A DNA stretch of 64,000 nt from positions 48,214-112,213 of the forward strand of contig CANRSN010000002.1 in assembly GCA_947642455.1 (NCBI GenBank). Reading direction: 5' to 3'. This DNA is from an uncultured Clostridiaceae bacterium (GTDB taxonomy: Bacteria; Bacillota; Clostridia; TANB77; CAG-508). Numbering within the stretch: the first letter of the stretch is position 1; every line of letters starts with the position of its first letter. Positions 26,678 to 36,956 of the stretch are shown in pieces. The notes beneath the pieces were generated by a model. It saw only the letters and a list, made by a program, of their open reading frames with translations, searched no databases and had not been told where the DNA came from. A program made the translations under genes and the position numbers.

Positions 26678-26750
26678 TATATAATAATACTATTTTGAAA
26701 AAGTAATTTTTATATAAAAAGTATACTTTTTAAGCTAATTTTGAAATATA

Positions 26751-26794
26751 AAACACAGTATAGTAAAGAAATATCTAAACTATACTGTGTTTTC
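26751..26794 (+). terminator. intrinsic terminator after nrdG
   Basis: aaacacagtatag ... ctatactgtgtttt. Confidence 0.65.
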
Positions 26795-26904
26795 CTATAC
26801 AAGAAAGATTCGCAATTAGAAAAGTATAAAAAAAGTTGGAAAAAATTTTAATATATGTTAAAATAATATTATAAGTAAAATATTAAAAAGAAGGAGAAAC
26901 AATT

Positions 26905-27255
26905 ATGGCATTTATGGGAAGAGATAGAATACCATCTAATAAAGGCAATGATATGAAAAACATTCAAGATAAAATAGAAAAACATCGTGGATATAGAAAT
27001 ACACGTTATAGATATGAAATGGGGCTATACTATAGAATATCATTAGATAATACATATGTAATAATGCAAATGATAGTAACTTTTATCATTCTAATAGTTG
27101 GATTAATCACATTTTTAGCTACATACAAATCCACAATCATAGATCCAATAGAAAGTACAAAACAAATACTTATAAATACGTATTTAATAATAATAGGTGT
27201 CTTATTAACAATAACATTAATAATTAATTTTTTTCAAAAGAAGAAAAAAAGTTAA
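26905..27255 (+). CDS. small membrane protein (2 TM), unknown function
   Basis: RBS AAGGAGA. Two hydrophobic helices and a KKKKS tail. Confidence 0.45.
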   Translation: MAFMGRDRIPSNKGNDMKNIQDKIEKHRGYRNTRYRYEMGLYYRISLDNTYVIMQMIVTFIILIVGLITFLATYKSTIIDPIESTKQILINTYLIIIGVLLTITLIINFFQKKKKS

Positions 27256-27296
27256 TAAAAAGATTAATAATCATTTCAATAACTTCTATAATTATT

Positions 27297-27650
27297 ATGT
27301 TAGCATTTCTAGGAATTAAGTTACAATTAGACACAACTTACACTAAAAGTGAGTTTGAAAACCTTTACACAGAGCAAAACGAAGCAGAAGTTTTAGACAA
27401 TAAATTGAAAATAGATATGGAACTAACAGGAGTAAGTATAAAGACAGAAAAAGAATATTATATAGATGAATGTTTAAAATTATATGGTATTTTTTCTACA
27501 AAGTTTTATGCAACTATTGGAATTCATTTCCTACTAAATATTTTAATTATTTATCAAATATTTAGAATAGGAAAAAAGCAAGGGAAAAAAGATAAGTTAA
27601 ATAAAGATGACTTAATATTGTATGATGAAGAAGAAAATATTAAAATATAA
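27297..27650 (+). CDS. small membrane protein, unknown function (possibly fused to the previous ORF)
   Basis: The frame is open upstream to 27228 and encodes more of a TM helix (LIKRLIIISITSIII), but has no canonical start. An A7 run at 27244-27250 lies at the junction. Confidence 0.4.
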   Translation: MLAFLGIKLQLDTTYTKSEFENLYTEQNEAEVLDNKLKIDMELTGVSIKTEKEYYIDECLKLYGIFSTKFYATIGIHFLLNILIIYQIFRIGKKQGKKDKLNKDDLILYDEEENIKI

Positions 27651-27674
27651 AATAATTATTATGGGAGATGAAAA

Positions 27675-28172
27675 ATGTCAAATAATGAAAAAGAATTTGA
27701 AAAAATTAATATAGATAAAGCAAAAAATAAAACGATAATACCTATATTATTAATGGTCATAAGTATATTAACTTATATTATATATATTATAAGTGGAGAA
27801 TTCGACTTTGGAATAATCTTTGAAGCTATTTCTTTAATACTTTTAATAGTAGCAAGAAATTATATGCTAAAATATGATGGAAAAAGAGCAAAAATGTTAA
27901 TCATTTTTTCGATTATATCAATAGGGTTAATTTTAGCATATGATACTATGCTTTTATTCTCAGCATTTATAGATGGTGTAGGCTTAGAATTTTTATTTTA
28001 TAACTATGCTTTTGGAGAAATAATAACAATATTATATATAATTGTATTATTTTCAATTTATAGGGATTTATCAAAAATGAATAATAACATGTACAAAGAA
28101 AGTAAAAAATGGTTTTATGAAATGAATGAAGAAAAAAATAATAATTTAGAAATAAGAAAACTTATTGTCTGA
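27675..28172 (+). CDS. small membrane protein (about 4 TM), unknown function
   Basis: RBS GGGAGA and hydrophobic helices. Confidence 0.45.
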   Translation: MSNNEKEFEKINIDKAKNKTIIPILLMVISILTYIIYIISGEFDFGIIFEAISLILLIVARNYMLKYDGKRAKMLIIFSIISIGLILAYDTMLLFSAFIDGVGLEFLFYNYAFGEIITILYIIVLFSIYRDLSKMNNNMYKESKKWFYEMNEEKNNNLEIRKLIV

Positions 28173-28530
28173 TATGTTAATAATACAACAGACAATTGAA
28201 GACGAAAAAAGAAACGAGGAAATAGAAATGTATGAAAATAAGGATATGTTTATGTTTTTTTATATATTATTAGGTGTTGCATCAATAATAATAAAAGATC
28301 CCATAATTCAAATGATAAGTTTAATAATGGTAATTATAATAATAGCATATAAAATAAAACTTGCAAAAAAGAGCCCAGAGGGGTTTAAAATGATTGTAAG
28401 AGATTTAATAATAATAATAGTAATTTTTACTATAGATATAGCGTTTTTTGCAATGGAAATGTCAGTAAATACTGAAACTAATAAATATGACAATTCATCA
28501 AATAGTAATCAAGAAATAACAACTTCTTAA
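28165..28530 (+). CDS. small membrane protein (about 3 TM), unknown function
   Basis: Overlaps the previous stop by 8 nt; hydrophobic helices. Confidence 0.4.
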   Translation: MSDMLIIQQTIEDEKRNEEIEMYENKDMFMFFYILLGVASIIIKDPIIQMISLIMVIIIIAYKIKLAKKSPEGFKMIVRDLIIIIVIFTIDIAFFAMEMSVNTETNKYDNSSNSNQEITTS

Positions 28531-28569
28531 CTAGTAGAAAATATTATTGCATATTACCGAATAGAGAAT

Positions 28570-28755
28570 ATGAATCAATTCTCAGATGAAGCAAATCATG
28601 TAAATGAAATAAAAAATGGATTTACTATGTATTTAAAAGATGTACTAGAGATTAATGATATAAATATAAAAGGAAATAGAATAACTTGTACTATAAGAGA
28701 AAATCAAGTTAGTTTCATAGTTACCAGAAATGATATACAATATTCTATAAAATAG
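28570..28755 (+). CDS. small soluble hypothetical protein (61 aa)
   Basis: ORF only; no recognisable motif. Confidence 0.3.
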   Translation: MNQFSDEANHVNEIKNGFTMYLKDVLEINDINIKGNRITCTIRENQVSFIVTRNDIQYSIK

Positions 28756-28838
28756 TGTTGTTACAATTCATAGTTTATAAAATTATATTGCCTAAGTAGA
28801 AATTGGGCTGTGAATTGTAACATAGTGTTACTACAATT
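28755..28838. repeat. internally deleted remnant of the MITE/PATE-like element (copy D)
   Basis: ttacaattcatag ... attatattgcct ... ctgtgaattgtaaca keeps the outer IR and the right inner arm only. Confidence 0.6.
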
Positions 28839-28860
28839 TAAAAAAATATAATACTAACAC

Positions 28861-28890
28861 TTGACAAGTAGCATATAAGTAATATATAAT
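28861..28890 (+). promoter_or_regulatory. rpsU promoter
   Basis: TTGACA at 28861-28866, 18-nt spacer, TATAAT at 28885-28890. Confidence 0.55.
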
Positions 28891-28976
28891 ACTAAACGTG
28901 TAAGGTAAGATAAAGTAAAAATCTACCAGTAAATATCCCACATGTAAGTGTAATTACTGGAAGGAGGGGAACATTA

Positions 28977-29147
28977 ATGTCAGAAGTTAAAGTAAATAAT
29001 GGAAATATAGAAGATGCCTTAAGAAGATTTAAAAGACAATGCGCAAGAAATGGTGTATTGCAAGAGGTACGTAAAAGAGAGCATTATGAAAAACCAAGCG
29101 TAAAAAGAAAGAAAAAGTCAGAGGCTGCAAGAAAGAGAAAATTTTAG
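28977..29147 (+). CDS. rpsU: 30S ribosomal protein S21
   Basis: Not in the ORF track (56 aa). [56 protein letters not shown] is preceded by GGAGGGG. Confidence 0.9.
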   Translation: MSEVKVNNGNIEDALRRFKRQCARNGVLQEVRKREHYEKPSVKRKKKSEAARKRKF

Positions 29148-29226
29148 AATAAAAATAATGGTTGAAAGTTAGTCTAAGGCTTAATTTTCAACTTTTTTGT
29201 TTTTAGAAAAAATAAGGAGGAAAAAA

Positions 29227-29667
29227 ATGTTAAAAGAAAAATTATTAGAAGACATGAAAACATCAATGAGGGACAAAAACAACCTAAGAAAAAACGTAAT
29301 ACAAATGGTAAGAGCAGCAATATTACAAGTAGAGAAAGACAAACACATTGAACTAAATGACGAGCAAATAGTAGAAATAATAGCAAAAGAATCTAAAAAA
29401 AGAAAAGACTCATTATCAGACTATGAGAAAAGTGGAAGAGAAGATCTAATTGAACAAATAAAAGAAGAAATAGAAATACTATCAGAATATTTACCAAAAC
29501 AATTAGAAAAAGAAGAAATAGAAAAAATAGTAGAAGAAGTAATTACAGAAGTTGGAGCACAAACTATAAAGGACATGGGAAAAGTAATGAAAGCAGCAAA
29601 AGAAAAAATAGGAGTAGCAGCAGATGGAAAAACAATAAATGAAATAGTAAAACAAAAATTATCATAA
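29227..29667 (+). CDS. yqeY: GatB/YqeY domain protein
   Basis: MLKEKLLEDMKTSMRDKN...IVEIIAKESKKRKDSLSDYEKSGREDL...EIEILSEYLPKQL. The rpsU-yqeY order is conserved. The start was set at 29227 after AAGGAGG. Confidence 0.85.
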   Translation: MLKEKLLEDMKTSMRDKNNLRKNVIQMVRAAILQVEKDKHIELNDEQIVEIIAKESKKRKDSLSDYEKSGREDLIEQIKEEIEILSEYLPKQLEKEEIEKIVEEVITEVGAQTIKDMGKVMKAAKEKIGVAADGKTINEIVKQKLS

Positions 29668-29677
29668 TAGGGGAAAA

Positions 29678-31141
29678 ATGAAAATAATAGAGAAAACAAA
29701 AAAACATGATAATATAATTATGCTAATATTTATAGGAATAGCAGTATGTGCAGTTGCATTTTGGGTAAAATCAGAGGCAAATGATGAATTATGGAACTTT
29801 TCTAACATATATAAAATGGTAAATGGATATACAATATATAAAGACACAAATGTTATAATAACCCCACTATTTTTTTACATTGGAGAAATATTCTTCAAAA
29901 TAGTAGGGGCAAATTACCTAACAGGAAGAATACTTGGTGCATTAATATTCATATCGATGTTTTTTTCAATATATCAACTATTTAAGGTATTAAACATACG
30001 AAAATTAAATAGTATGTTATATGTATTAGGAATAATGGTGGCATACCAAGAAAATATAATGTCAATAGGTGCATATAACCAATTAGCAATAATATTTTAT
30101 ATATTAGGAATAATATTTTTGATAAAATCAAAATATAAACCTACAATAAACAGTATAATACAAGGAATAATAATATTTTTAATTTTTTTAAGTAAGCAAA
30201 ACTTAGCAGTATACTATATAATAGCTAATATAATATGCAAAATAATAACGAATAAAAATCAAATAGTCAAACATACAATAATAGAATTAACAACAAGTTT
30301 CATACTCTTAGTATTGTTCTTATTTACATTATATCTAAACAATAATTTATACGAATTTATAAACTATACAGTACTAGGAATAACCGATTTTGCAGACAAA
30401 AACACAGTAATGCCAGTGGTGAATATAATAGCAATATTACTACAAGTAGCCTTGCTAATATCATATTTAATAATAGCTAAAATAAAGAAAATTCCATTTG
30501 AAGAAAAAATACGAAAAAACATAAAAACAATGACAATCTTTTCAATACTAATAATATTTTTTGCATATCCAATATTAAATGTATTCCACATTAATAGTGA
30601 AGCAATATTAACAATAATAACAACATTATATATAATAGATAACATAATTGTAGAAACACTATTAAAAAGTAAAAAAACAGACATAATAAAGAAAGTTGCT
30701 ATAGTAGCAATGTTAATATATTTCATAATTAAAGGTACAAATAACAATATAAATTACATAAACATGATGGATAAAGAAGAAGGACCGTATTATGGAGCTA
30801 TATTCTTAGAAGAAACTAAGCAAGAAATAAATGAAATTGTAGAATTTATAAAAACTGAAAACAGTAAAGGAATAGATGTGAAAATAGTATCATATCATGC
30901 AAATTTATATATGAATATATTGAAAAAAAATAATGGAATTATGGATTTACCTTTCAATGGAAATATGGGTAAAGATGGAGCAAATGGAGTTATAAATCAA
31001 ATAAAAAGTCTGCAAAATTCAAAAGTTCTTATAACAAAAGAAAAAGATGATATATATCAAGAGTCAACACAAATAAGAGAATATATACAAAACAATATGA
31101 AATTAATAGGGGAAATAAGCCAATTCTTAATATACAAGTAA
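29678..31141 (+). CDS. large polytopic membrane protein, GT-C (ArnT/PMT)-like architecture
   Basis: At least 10 predicted TM helices followed by a soluble C-terminal domain of about 120 aa. No catalytic motif was recognised with confidence. Confidence 0.35.
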   Translation: MKIIEKTKKHDNIIMLIFIGIAVCAVAFWVKSEANDELWNFSNIYKMVNGYTIYKDTNVIITPLFFYIGEIFFKIVGANYLTGRILGALIFISMFFSIYQLFKVLNIRKLNSMLYVLGIMVAYQENIMSIGAYNQLAIIFYILGIIFLIKSKYKPTINSIIQGIIIFLIFLSKQNLAVYYIIANIICKIITNKNQIVKHTIIELTTSFILLVLFLFTLYLNNNLYEFINYTVLGITDFADKNTVMPVVNIIAILLQVALLISYLIIAKIKKIPFEEKIRKNIKTMTIFSILIIFFAYPILNVFHINSEAILTIITTLYIIDNIIVETLLKSKKTDIIKKVAIVAMLIYFIIKGTNNNINYINMMDKEEGPYYGAIFLEETKQEINEIVEFIKTENSKGIDVKIVSYHANLYMNILKKNNGIMDLPFNGNMGKDGANGVINQIKSLQNSKVLITKEKDDIYQESTQIREYIQNNMKLIGEISQFLIYK

Positions 31142-31176
31142 AACGAACACAGAAAAATGCTTATGTCATAAGGTCA

Positions 31177-31390
31177 GCAAAAAAAGAGTGCAATTCATAG
31201 ATATTAATTATTCATCTAGGCAATATAATATTTATTTTTAGAAGTTTTGCTTAAGGGAAACTCCAAAAGTGGACATGACCCAGAGCTACCCACTAAGCCA
31301 GTAAAAAACTTCGACAAAATAAATATTATATTGCCTATTGGCTTCTAATTTCAAACTATGAATTGTAACAATTTTACTCTTTTTTATTGA
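31177..31390. repeat. MITE/PATE-like nested palindromic element, copy B
   Basis: Same inner arms as copy A (ctaggcaatataatatttatttttagaagttttgc ... aaaaacttcgacaaaataaatattatattgcctattggcttctaattt) and the same outer arm (ctatgaattgtaaca). Confidence 0.85.
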
Positions 31391-31626
31391 AAATTATTAG
31401 AAAATATTGTTAAAAAAAGAATTGTGATATAAACTATTGAAGAGGATATAATAAGAATATTATCAACATTAACAAATTCTTAAAATATAAATAAAAAATA
31501 ATTTAAAAGGCGAATATAAAAAAGAAAAAGAGTATATTTTTTTCATATAGTATTATAATAAAAATAGGTTTATAGGTAAAACCTTAACAACAAAAACCTA
31601 AATATATTGATAAAGGAAAAGAGAAA

Positions 31627-32892
31627 ATGGAAGAGAAGAAAATAGAAATAAAAGCAGGAATAAAAGTACACCAAGTCGAAACAAAAAAATTCAAAACAAA
31701 CTTATTTGCAATATTTTTAAGCACGCCATTAAAAAGAGAGACTGTAACTCAAAATGCACTAATAGCAGCAATTTTAAGAAGAGGGACACAAACAATGCCA
31801 ACACAACAAATAATAAGTGAAAAACTAGAAGAAATGTATGGAGCAGGCTTTGATTGTGGAATAGAAAAAACAGGAGATATTCACACATTAAAATTTTACT
31901 TAGAGACAATAAATGATGAATTTTTACCAGACAAAGAAGAGCTATTAGAAAAATCATTGAACATAATATATGAAATAGTATTTAAACCACTAACAGAAAA
32001 TGGCTGTTTTAAGGAAGAATATGTACAAGGAGAAAAGCAAAATTTAAAACAAATAATAGAAGGAAAGATAGATAGCAAAGCTTCATACGCACTAGAAAGA
32101 TGTGTAGAAGAAATGTATAAAAATCAACCATATGGATTATATAAATTTGGATATATAGAAGATATAGACAAAATAACCTCACAAGAATTATACAAATATT
32201 ATCAAGAATTAATAAAGAATTGCAAAATAGATATATTCGTATCAGGAGCAAATCTTGGAAATGTATTGGAAAAAGCAAAAAATAATCCAATAATACAAGA
32301 ATTACCTGAAAGAATACCAGAAAAATTAGAAAATGGTAATAAAAAGGAAAAAAAAGAAGAACCTAACTTAATAAATGAAAGCATGCAAGTAACACAAGGA
32401 AAAGTAGTAATGGGTATAGATATTTTATCAAAGGAAGAAAATTCATCTTATGTAGCAAGTGTATATAACGCAATATTAGGTGGAGGTTCAAACTCAAAAT
32501 TATTTCAAAATGTAAGAGAAAAAGCAAGTTTAGCATATACATGTGGTTCTAGTTATATAAAAAGAAAACAAAGTATATTAATAAGAGCAGGTATCGAAAT
32601 AGAAAACTATGACAAAGCAATAAGTATAATCGAAAAACAGTTAGAAGATATGAAAAATGGCGAATTTAACGAACAAGATATTGAAAATGCAAAAAAATTA
32701 TTAATATCATCAATAGATTCAATAGATGAAGAACAAGATACACAAATAAGTTACTATTTAGGACAAGAACTTGCAAATACTAATATAACTATAGAGGAAT
32801 ACAAAGATAAAATACAAGGAGTAAAGAAAGAGCAAATAGTAGAACTTGCAAAAAGTACACAAATAAATACAATATTCTTCTTAAAAGATTAG
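31627..32892 (+). CDS. M16-family peptidase-like protein, non-catalytic subunit
   Basis: 421 aa with the pitrilysin fold pattern but no HxxEH motif. It is paired with the next gene. Confidence 0.7.
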   Translation: MEEKKIEIKAGIKVHQVETKKFKTNLFAIFLSTPLKRETVTQNALIAAILRRGTQTMPTQQIISEKLEEMYGAGFDCGIEKTGDIHTLKFYLETINDEFLPDKEELLEKSLNIIYEIVFKPLTENGCFKEEYVQGEKQNLKQIIEGKIDSKASYALERCVEEMYKNQPYGLYKFGYIEDIDKITSQELYKYYQELIKNCKIDIFVSGANLGNVLEKAKNNPIIQELPERIPEKLENGNKKEKKEEPNLINESMQVTQGKVVMGIDILSKEENSSYVASVYNAILGGGSNSKLFQNVREKASLAYTCGSSYIKRKQSILIRAGIEIENYDKAISIIEKQLEDMKNGEFNEQDIENAKKLLISSIDSIDEEQDTQISYYLGQELANTNITIEEYKDKIQGVKKEQIVELAKSTQINTIFFLKD

Positions 32893-32997
32893 TATCATAA
32901 ATAAAATTGAGAAATAAGTAAAAATAAGATATATTAGTAGGTTAAATAGTGAAAAGAACAAATAGTTCGGAGTTGATATGGGAGGTAAAAAATAAGA

Positions 32998-34272
32998 ATG
33001 AAAATAATAGAGAGTTCTAAAATAAAAGAAAAAGCATACATTGAAAAACTAGAAAATGGGCTAACAATAATAATAGTACCAAAGAAGGAAACTAAAAAGA
33101 AGTATGTAATATGGGGAACAAATTTTGGTTCTATAGACAATAGATTTATAATGCCAAATACAAATGAGGAGGTATTTGTACCAGACGGAGTAGCACATTT
33201 TTTGGAACATAAAATGTTTGAACAAAAAAGTGGAGTAAATAGTTTAGATACCTTAATGGCATTAGGAGTAGATGCAAATGCATATACAACAAATAATCAC
33301 ACAGCATATCTATTTGAAAGTACAGATAATTTCTATGAAGCATTAGACGAACTTATGGATTATGTACAAAATCCATATTACACAGATGAAAATGTTGAAA
33401 AAGAAAAAGGAATAATAGGTCAAGAAATAAAAATGTATGATGACGATCCAGGTTGGCAACTTTATATGAATACACTAGATTGCTTATATAAAGACAATCC
33501 AATAAAAATAGATATAGCAGGTACAATAGAATCAATTAGCAAAATAGATAAAGAAGTATTATATAAATGTTATAATACATTTTATCATCCATCAAATATG
33601 GCATTAGTAGTATGTGGGGACTTTCAACCAGAAGAAATACTAAAAGAAATAAAACAAAGACTTATACCAAAGGAATTTCAAGGAGAAATAAAAAGAATAT
33701 ATCCACAAGAACCAAAAGAAATAAATAAAAAAATTAAAGAAACAAGCATGGAAGTTAGTAAACCTATATTTATGATAGGTTTTAAAGATAAAGAAGTAAA
33801 ATCAAATGAAGAAATAATAAAAAAACATATAGCAATAGAAATTTTGCTTAATATGTTATGTGGAAAGAGTTCAAAATTATATAAAAAAATGTATGAAGAA
33901 AGAGTTCTTTTAGCTCCACTAGATTTAGACTATGAATTTACAAATATGTATGCACATATAATAATATCTGGTCACGCAAATGATCCAAAAAAATTACAAC
34001 AAGAATTAAACAAAGCAATACAAGAATATAAAAGTAATTTTGACAATAACCATTTTGATAGAATAAAGAAAAAAGTATATGGAGATTATGTTGCAGAATA
34101 CAATAGCATAGCAGATATAGCTAGAATGTTTTTGTCAGACTATTTTAAAGGTGTAAACACTTTTGATTATATAGAACAATATAATACTGTAACACCAGAA
34201 TATACAAAACAAATTTTAAATGAAGTTTTTGATGAAAAAAATGAAATATTGTCTGTCGTTAATCCAAAATAG
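32998..34272 (+). CDS. M16-family zinc peptidase (insulinase/pitrilysin type)
   Basis: GVAHFLEHKMFE contains the inverted zinc motif HxxEH. Confidence 0.8.
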   Translation: MKIIESSKIKEKAYIEKLENGLTIIIVPKKETKKKYVIWGTNFGSIDNRFIMPNTNEEVFVPDGVAHFLEHKMFEQKSGVNSLDTLMALGVDANAYTTNNHTAYLFESTDNFYEALDELMDYVQNPYYTDENVEKEKGIIGQEIKMYDDDPGWQLYMNTLDCLYKDNPIKIDIAGTIESISKIDKEVLYKCYNTFYHPSNMALVVCGDFQPEEILKEIKQRLIPKEFQGEIKRIYPQEPKEINKKIKETSMEVSKPIFMIGFKDKEVKSNEEIIKKHIAIEILLNMLCGKSSKLYKKMYEERVLLAPLDLDYEFTNMYAHIIISGHANDPKKLQQELNKAIQEYKSNFDNNHFDRIKKKVYGDYVAEYNSIADIARMFLSDYFKGVNTFDYIEQYNTVTPEYTKQILNEVFDEKNEILSVVNPK

Positions 34273-34404
34273 GGAAAATGGGACTCAAGTAAATCGGGAC
34301 AGACTAATGTAATATATAAAAATATCTACTTTTTTTAATAAATATTACATTGGTCTGTCCATTTTGGGACAAAAATGTCCCAATTTGCTTAAGTCCCATT
34401 TTAC
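34273..34404. repeat. GGGAC-rich palindromic intergenic repeat (family copy 2)
   Basis: aaaatgggactcaagtaaatcgggacagactaatgtaatat ... atattacattggtctgtccattttgggacaaaaatgtcccaatttgcttaagtcccatttt forms a long imperfect palindrome. Confidence 0.8.
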
Positions 34405-34613
34405 CCAAGAAAAATAACGAATGTTGTAATAAAAAAAAGTCATATGACAATTAAGAAAATATGCTGTCGAAAAAAGAAAAAATATGTAGAAAAATGTAAT
34501 ACGAAAGTGTGGAAAAAAGCCTAAAAAATGGTGTTTTTTTATTGACTAAAATGTAAAAATATGGTATCTTTAATAAAAACAAAAGATAATTTCACGAAAA
34601 GGAGTGTGATTAT

Positions 34614-34802
34614 ATGTTAAATGAAGAAATATGTGAATTAAGGGAGAAATTAAACAAAAGTATAGTAAATGGAGAAGATTATGCAATAACTTATAAACTT
34701 AGCATTGAGTTGGACGAATTAATCGCAAGATATTATAAAATAAAAGATGTAGAAAAACAGAAAGCACAAAAGAAAAATAAAAGAATGGTGATAATTATAT
34801 AA
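34614..34802 (+). CDS. Spo0E-like aspartyl-phosphate phosphatase
   Basis: 62 aa. ICELREKLNKSI....YKLSIELDELIARYY fits the Spo0E helix-hairpin with an SxELD-type motif. Confidence 0.55.
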   Translation: MLNEEICELREKLNKSIVNGEDYAITYKLSIELDELIARYYKIKDVEKQKAQKKNKRMVIII

Positions 34803-34922
34803 CACCTATTTGAATAAATGAGAAAGTATAGAGGTTTATTCAAATTAAAAAATCAAAAAAATAAAATAGAAAGCTTATCTTTTTGCAATAATATGTTAAA
34901 AGGCAAGCTTTTTTATATACTA

Positions 34923-35139
34923 GGAAAGTATAACAATTTGTTTCTTTTCACAGATATAACATTCACTTAAGTACTATAATATTTATTTTAACAAAGTTTT
35001 GCTCAGGGAAGCTCCTAGAATGGACATGACTCTAGGCGATTGGCGAAGCCAGTAAAAAACTTTGTTAAAATAAATATTATAGTACTTGTATAATTCTGAT
35101 TTTAATCTGTGAAAAGAAACAAATTGTACTCTTTTGTTG
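34923..35139. repeat. MITE/PATE-like nested palindromic element, copy C
   Basis: Outer IR acaatttgtttcttttcacagat / atctgtgaaaagaaacaaattgt. Core gctcagggaagctcctagaatggacatgactctaggcgattggcgaagccagtaaaaaac. It lies immediately upstream of the first T4SS-cluster gene. Confidence 0.85.
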
Positions 35140-35241
35140 TTAAAAAGTTGAAAATGTTGAATAGCAAAAAAATATATGTTATAATAGAATTAAATGAGTA
35201 AAAATGTATATAACAAGTGATAAAAGAAGAGGTGTATTTAT

Positions 35242-36249
35242 ATGAAAAATAAAAGTCTAAAAAAAATGTTATCAATAATAATATTAATAACAATAGGAAT
35301 TATGTTATTATTACAAAATAAAATATATGCTATAGAAATACAAAGTGAAATAAAGGTAGCAACAATAGAAGAATTATTGAGTTGTTCAACTTGGCAAGAA
35401 GTATACGAAAAATATGGAGCAGATAGATTTGGCAAATGTGAAAATATGGAAGAATCGAATGATGAAAATGAAAACCTATTAAATTTTAATAATAGAGCAA
35501 CTGAGTTAACACATATGACAAATATATTATATTATAATATTCAAAATGGTTGGAATTTAAAAATTCAGAAAATGGATGAAAGTGAGTTAAGTGCATACAT
35601 ACAATGTATAGAAAAGTGCATGAATAATCCAGCTTGGAGTCAATTGGATAAAGATTATACAAAAGCTTCTGTACACAAAACAACGATGTTAAAAGCTACA
35701 ACAGATCTTAATATAGCAAGAACAAATATAAGTGATGCATTAGATGAACTTAAGACATATTATGATGAAAATGTCTTATCAAAAGAAGATTTAGATAAAA
35801 TGAATGCAATACAAAATCAAATAGATAAAGATGTAAGTCAATCTGTAAATACACAAATAAGTGAGTCAAATGCAGAACAAAACAAAAAAGATAAAGACTG
35901 GTCAATATCTGGAACAGTAATTATGGGAAATGATAAAAAAACAGAAGGTGGATCTGCAACAGACATTAGAGACGACTTAGACGATTACAAACCATCAGGA
36001 AACATACAAGAAAGAGAAAAATTACAAGAAATAGGAGCAGTAATTATATCTGCCTTAAGAATAGTAGGGGTAGTAGTAGCAGTAATAACATTATCAGTAT
36101 TAGGTTTTAAATATATGGCAGGTGGAACAGCAGAAAAGGCAGAATACAAAAAGACAATGATTCCATTCTTAATAGGTGCAGGAATGCTACTAATAGGAAC
36201 ACAATTAGTAGGAATTTTATACGATATAATCAGCAAAAATATAAAATAA
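35242..36249 (+). CDS. VirB2/TrbC-like pilin-type protein with a 250-aa N-terminal extension
   Basis: Signal peptide. The C-terminal two-helix hairpin IVGVVVAVITLSVLGFKYMAGGTAEKAEYKKTMIPFLIGAGMLLIG is shared with the next two ORFs. Confidence 0.6.
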   Translation: MKNKSLKKMLSIIILITIGIMLLLQNKIYAIEIQSEIKVATIEELLSCSTWQEVYEKYGADRFGKCENMEESNDENENLLNFNNRATELTHMTNILYYNIQNGWNLKIQKMDESELSAYIQCIEKCMNNPAWSQLDKDYTKASVHKTTMLKATTDLNIARTNISDALDELKTYYDENVLSKEDLDKMNAIQNQIDKDVSQSVNTQISESNAEQNKKDKDWSISGTVIMGNDKKTEGGSATDIRDDLDDYKPSGNIQEREKLQEIGAVIISALRIVGVVVAVITLSVLGFKYMAGGTAEKAEYKKTMIPFLIGAGMLLIGTQLVGILYDIISKNIK

Positions 36250-36481
36250 TGTTCTTAAAAAGTATAATTACAATTATACATATTAGAAAAAAATATATGT
36301 AGCTAGTAGTTATATATGCAAGTTATAAAAGGCTTATATACAAGTAATATTATCAAATAGAATATTTTAATTGTAAAATTTAACAAATTATGAAATTATA
36401 TAATAAAATACAAAATAAATGTTGAAAAATGAAATTATTTATAGTATAATGTAATAAGAGGACTAAAAAGGGGGCATTAAT

Positions 36482-36895
36482 ATGAAGAGTAAAATATTGA
36501 AAAGTATAGTTTTTTTAATAATTGCTTTAACAATTATAATGTTACCTAACTTAGTAAAAGCACGTTATGATGAAGAACGTTTTGAAGACTTTAGGCCACC
36601 ACAAGGTACAGTAGAAGGAGCAGATGCTTTTATAGATGCAGCAGATGGTTCACCATTAAAAGATAATAGTTTAAAAGATGCATCAGACACTCTAGCAAGT
36701 ACATTAATGATATTTGGAGTAGTTGCATCAATGGTAGTAATAACAGCTTTAGGTATAAAATTCATGACAGGCTCAGTAGAAGAAAAAGCAAAAGTAAAAG
36801 AAACACTAATTCCTTTTACAATAGGTTGTATAATAATATTTGGAGGTTATACAATTTGGAATATAGTATTACAAATAACGCAAAGTTTTAAATAG
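36482..36895 (+). CDS. VirB2/TrbC-like pilin-type protein
   Basis: Signal peptide plus IFGVVASMVVITALGIKFMTGSVEEKAKVKETLIPFTIGCIIIFGG. Confidence 0.6.
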   Translation: MKSKILKSIVFLIIALTIIMLPNLVKARYDEERFEDFRPPQGTVEGADAFIDAADGSPLKDNSLKDASDTLASTLMIFGVVASMVVITALGIKFMTGSVEEKAKVKETLIPFTIGCIIIFGGYTIWNIVLQITQSFK

Positions 36896-36956
36896 TTATT
36901 AATATTCTCATAAAATGAGAGATTAAATATAAAAATAAATAAGGGAGGAAAATAGT

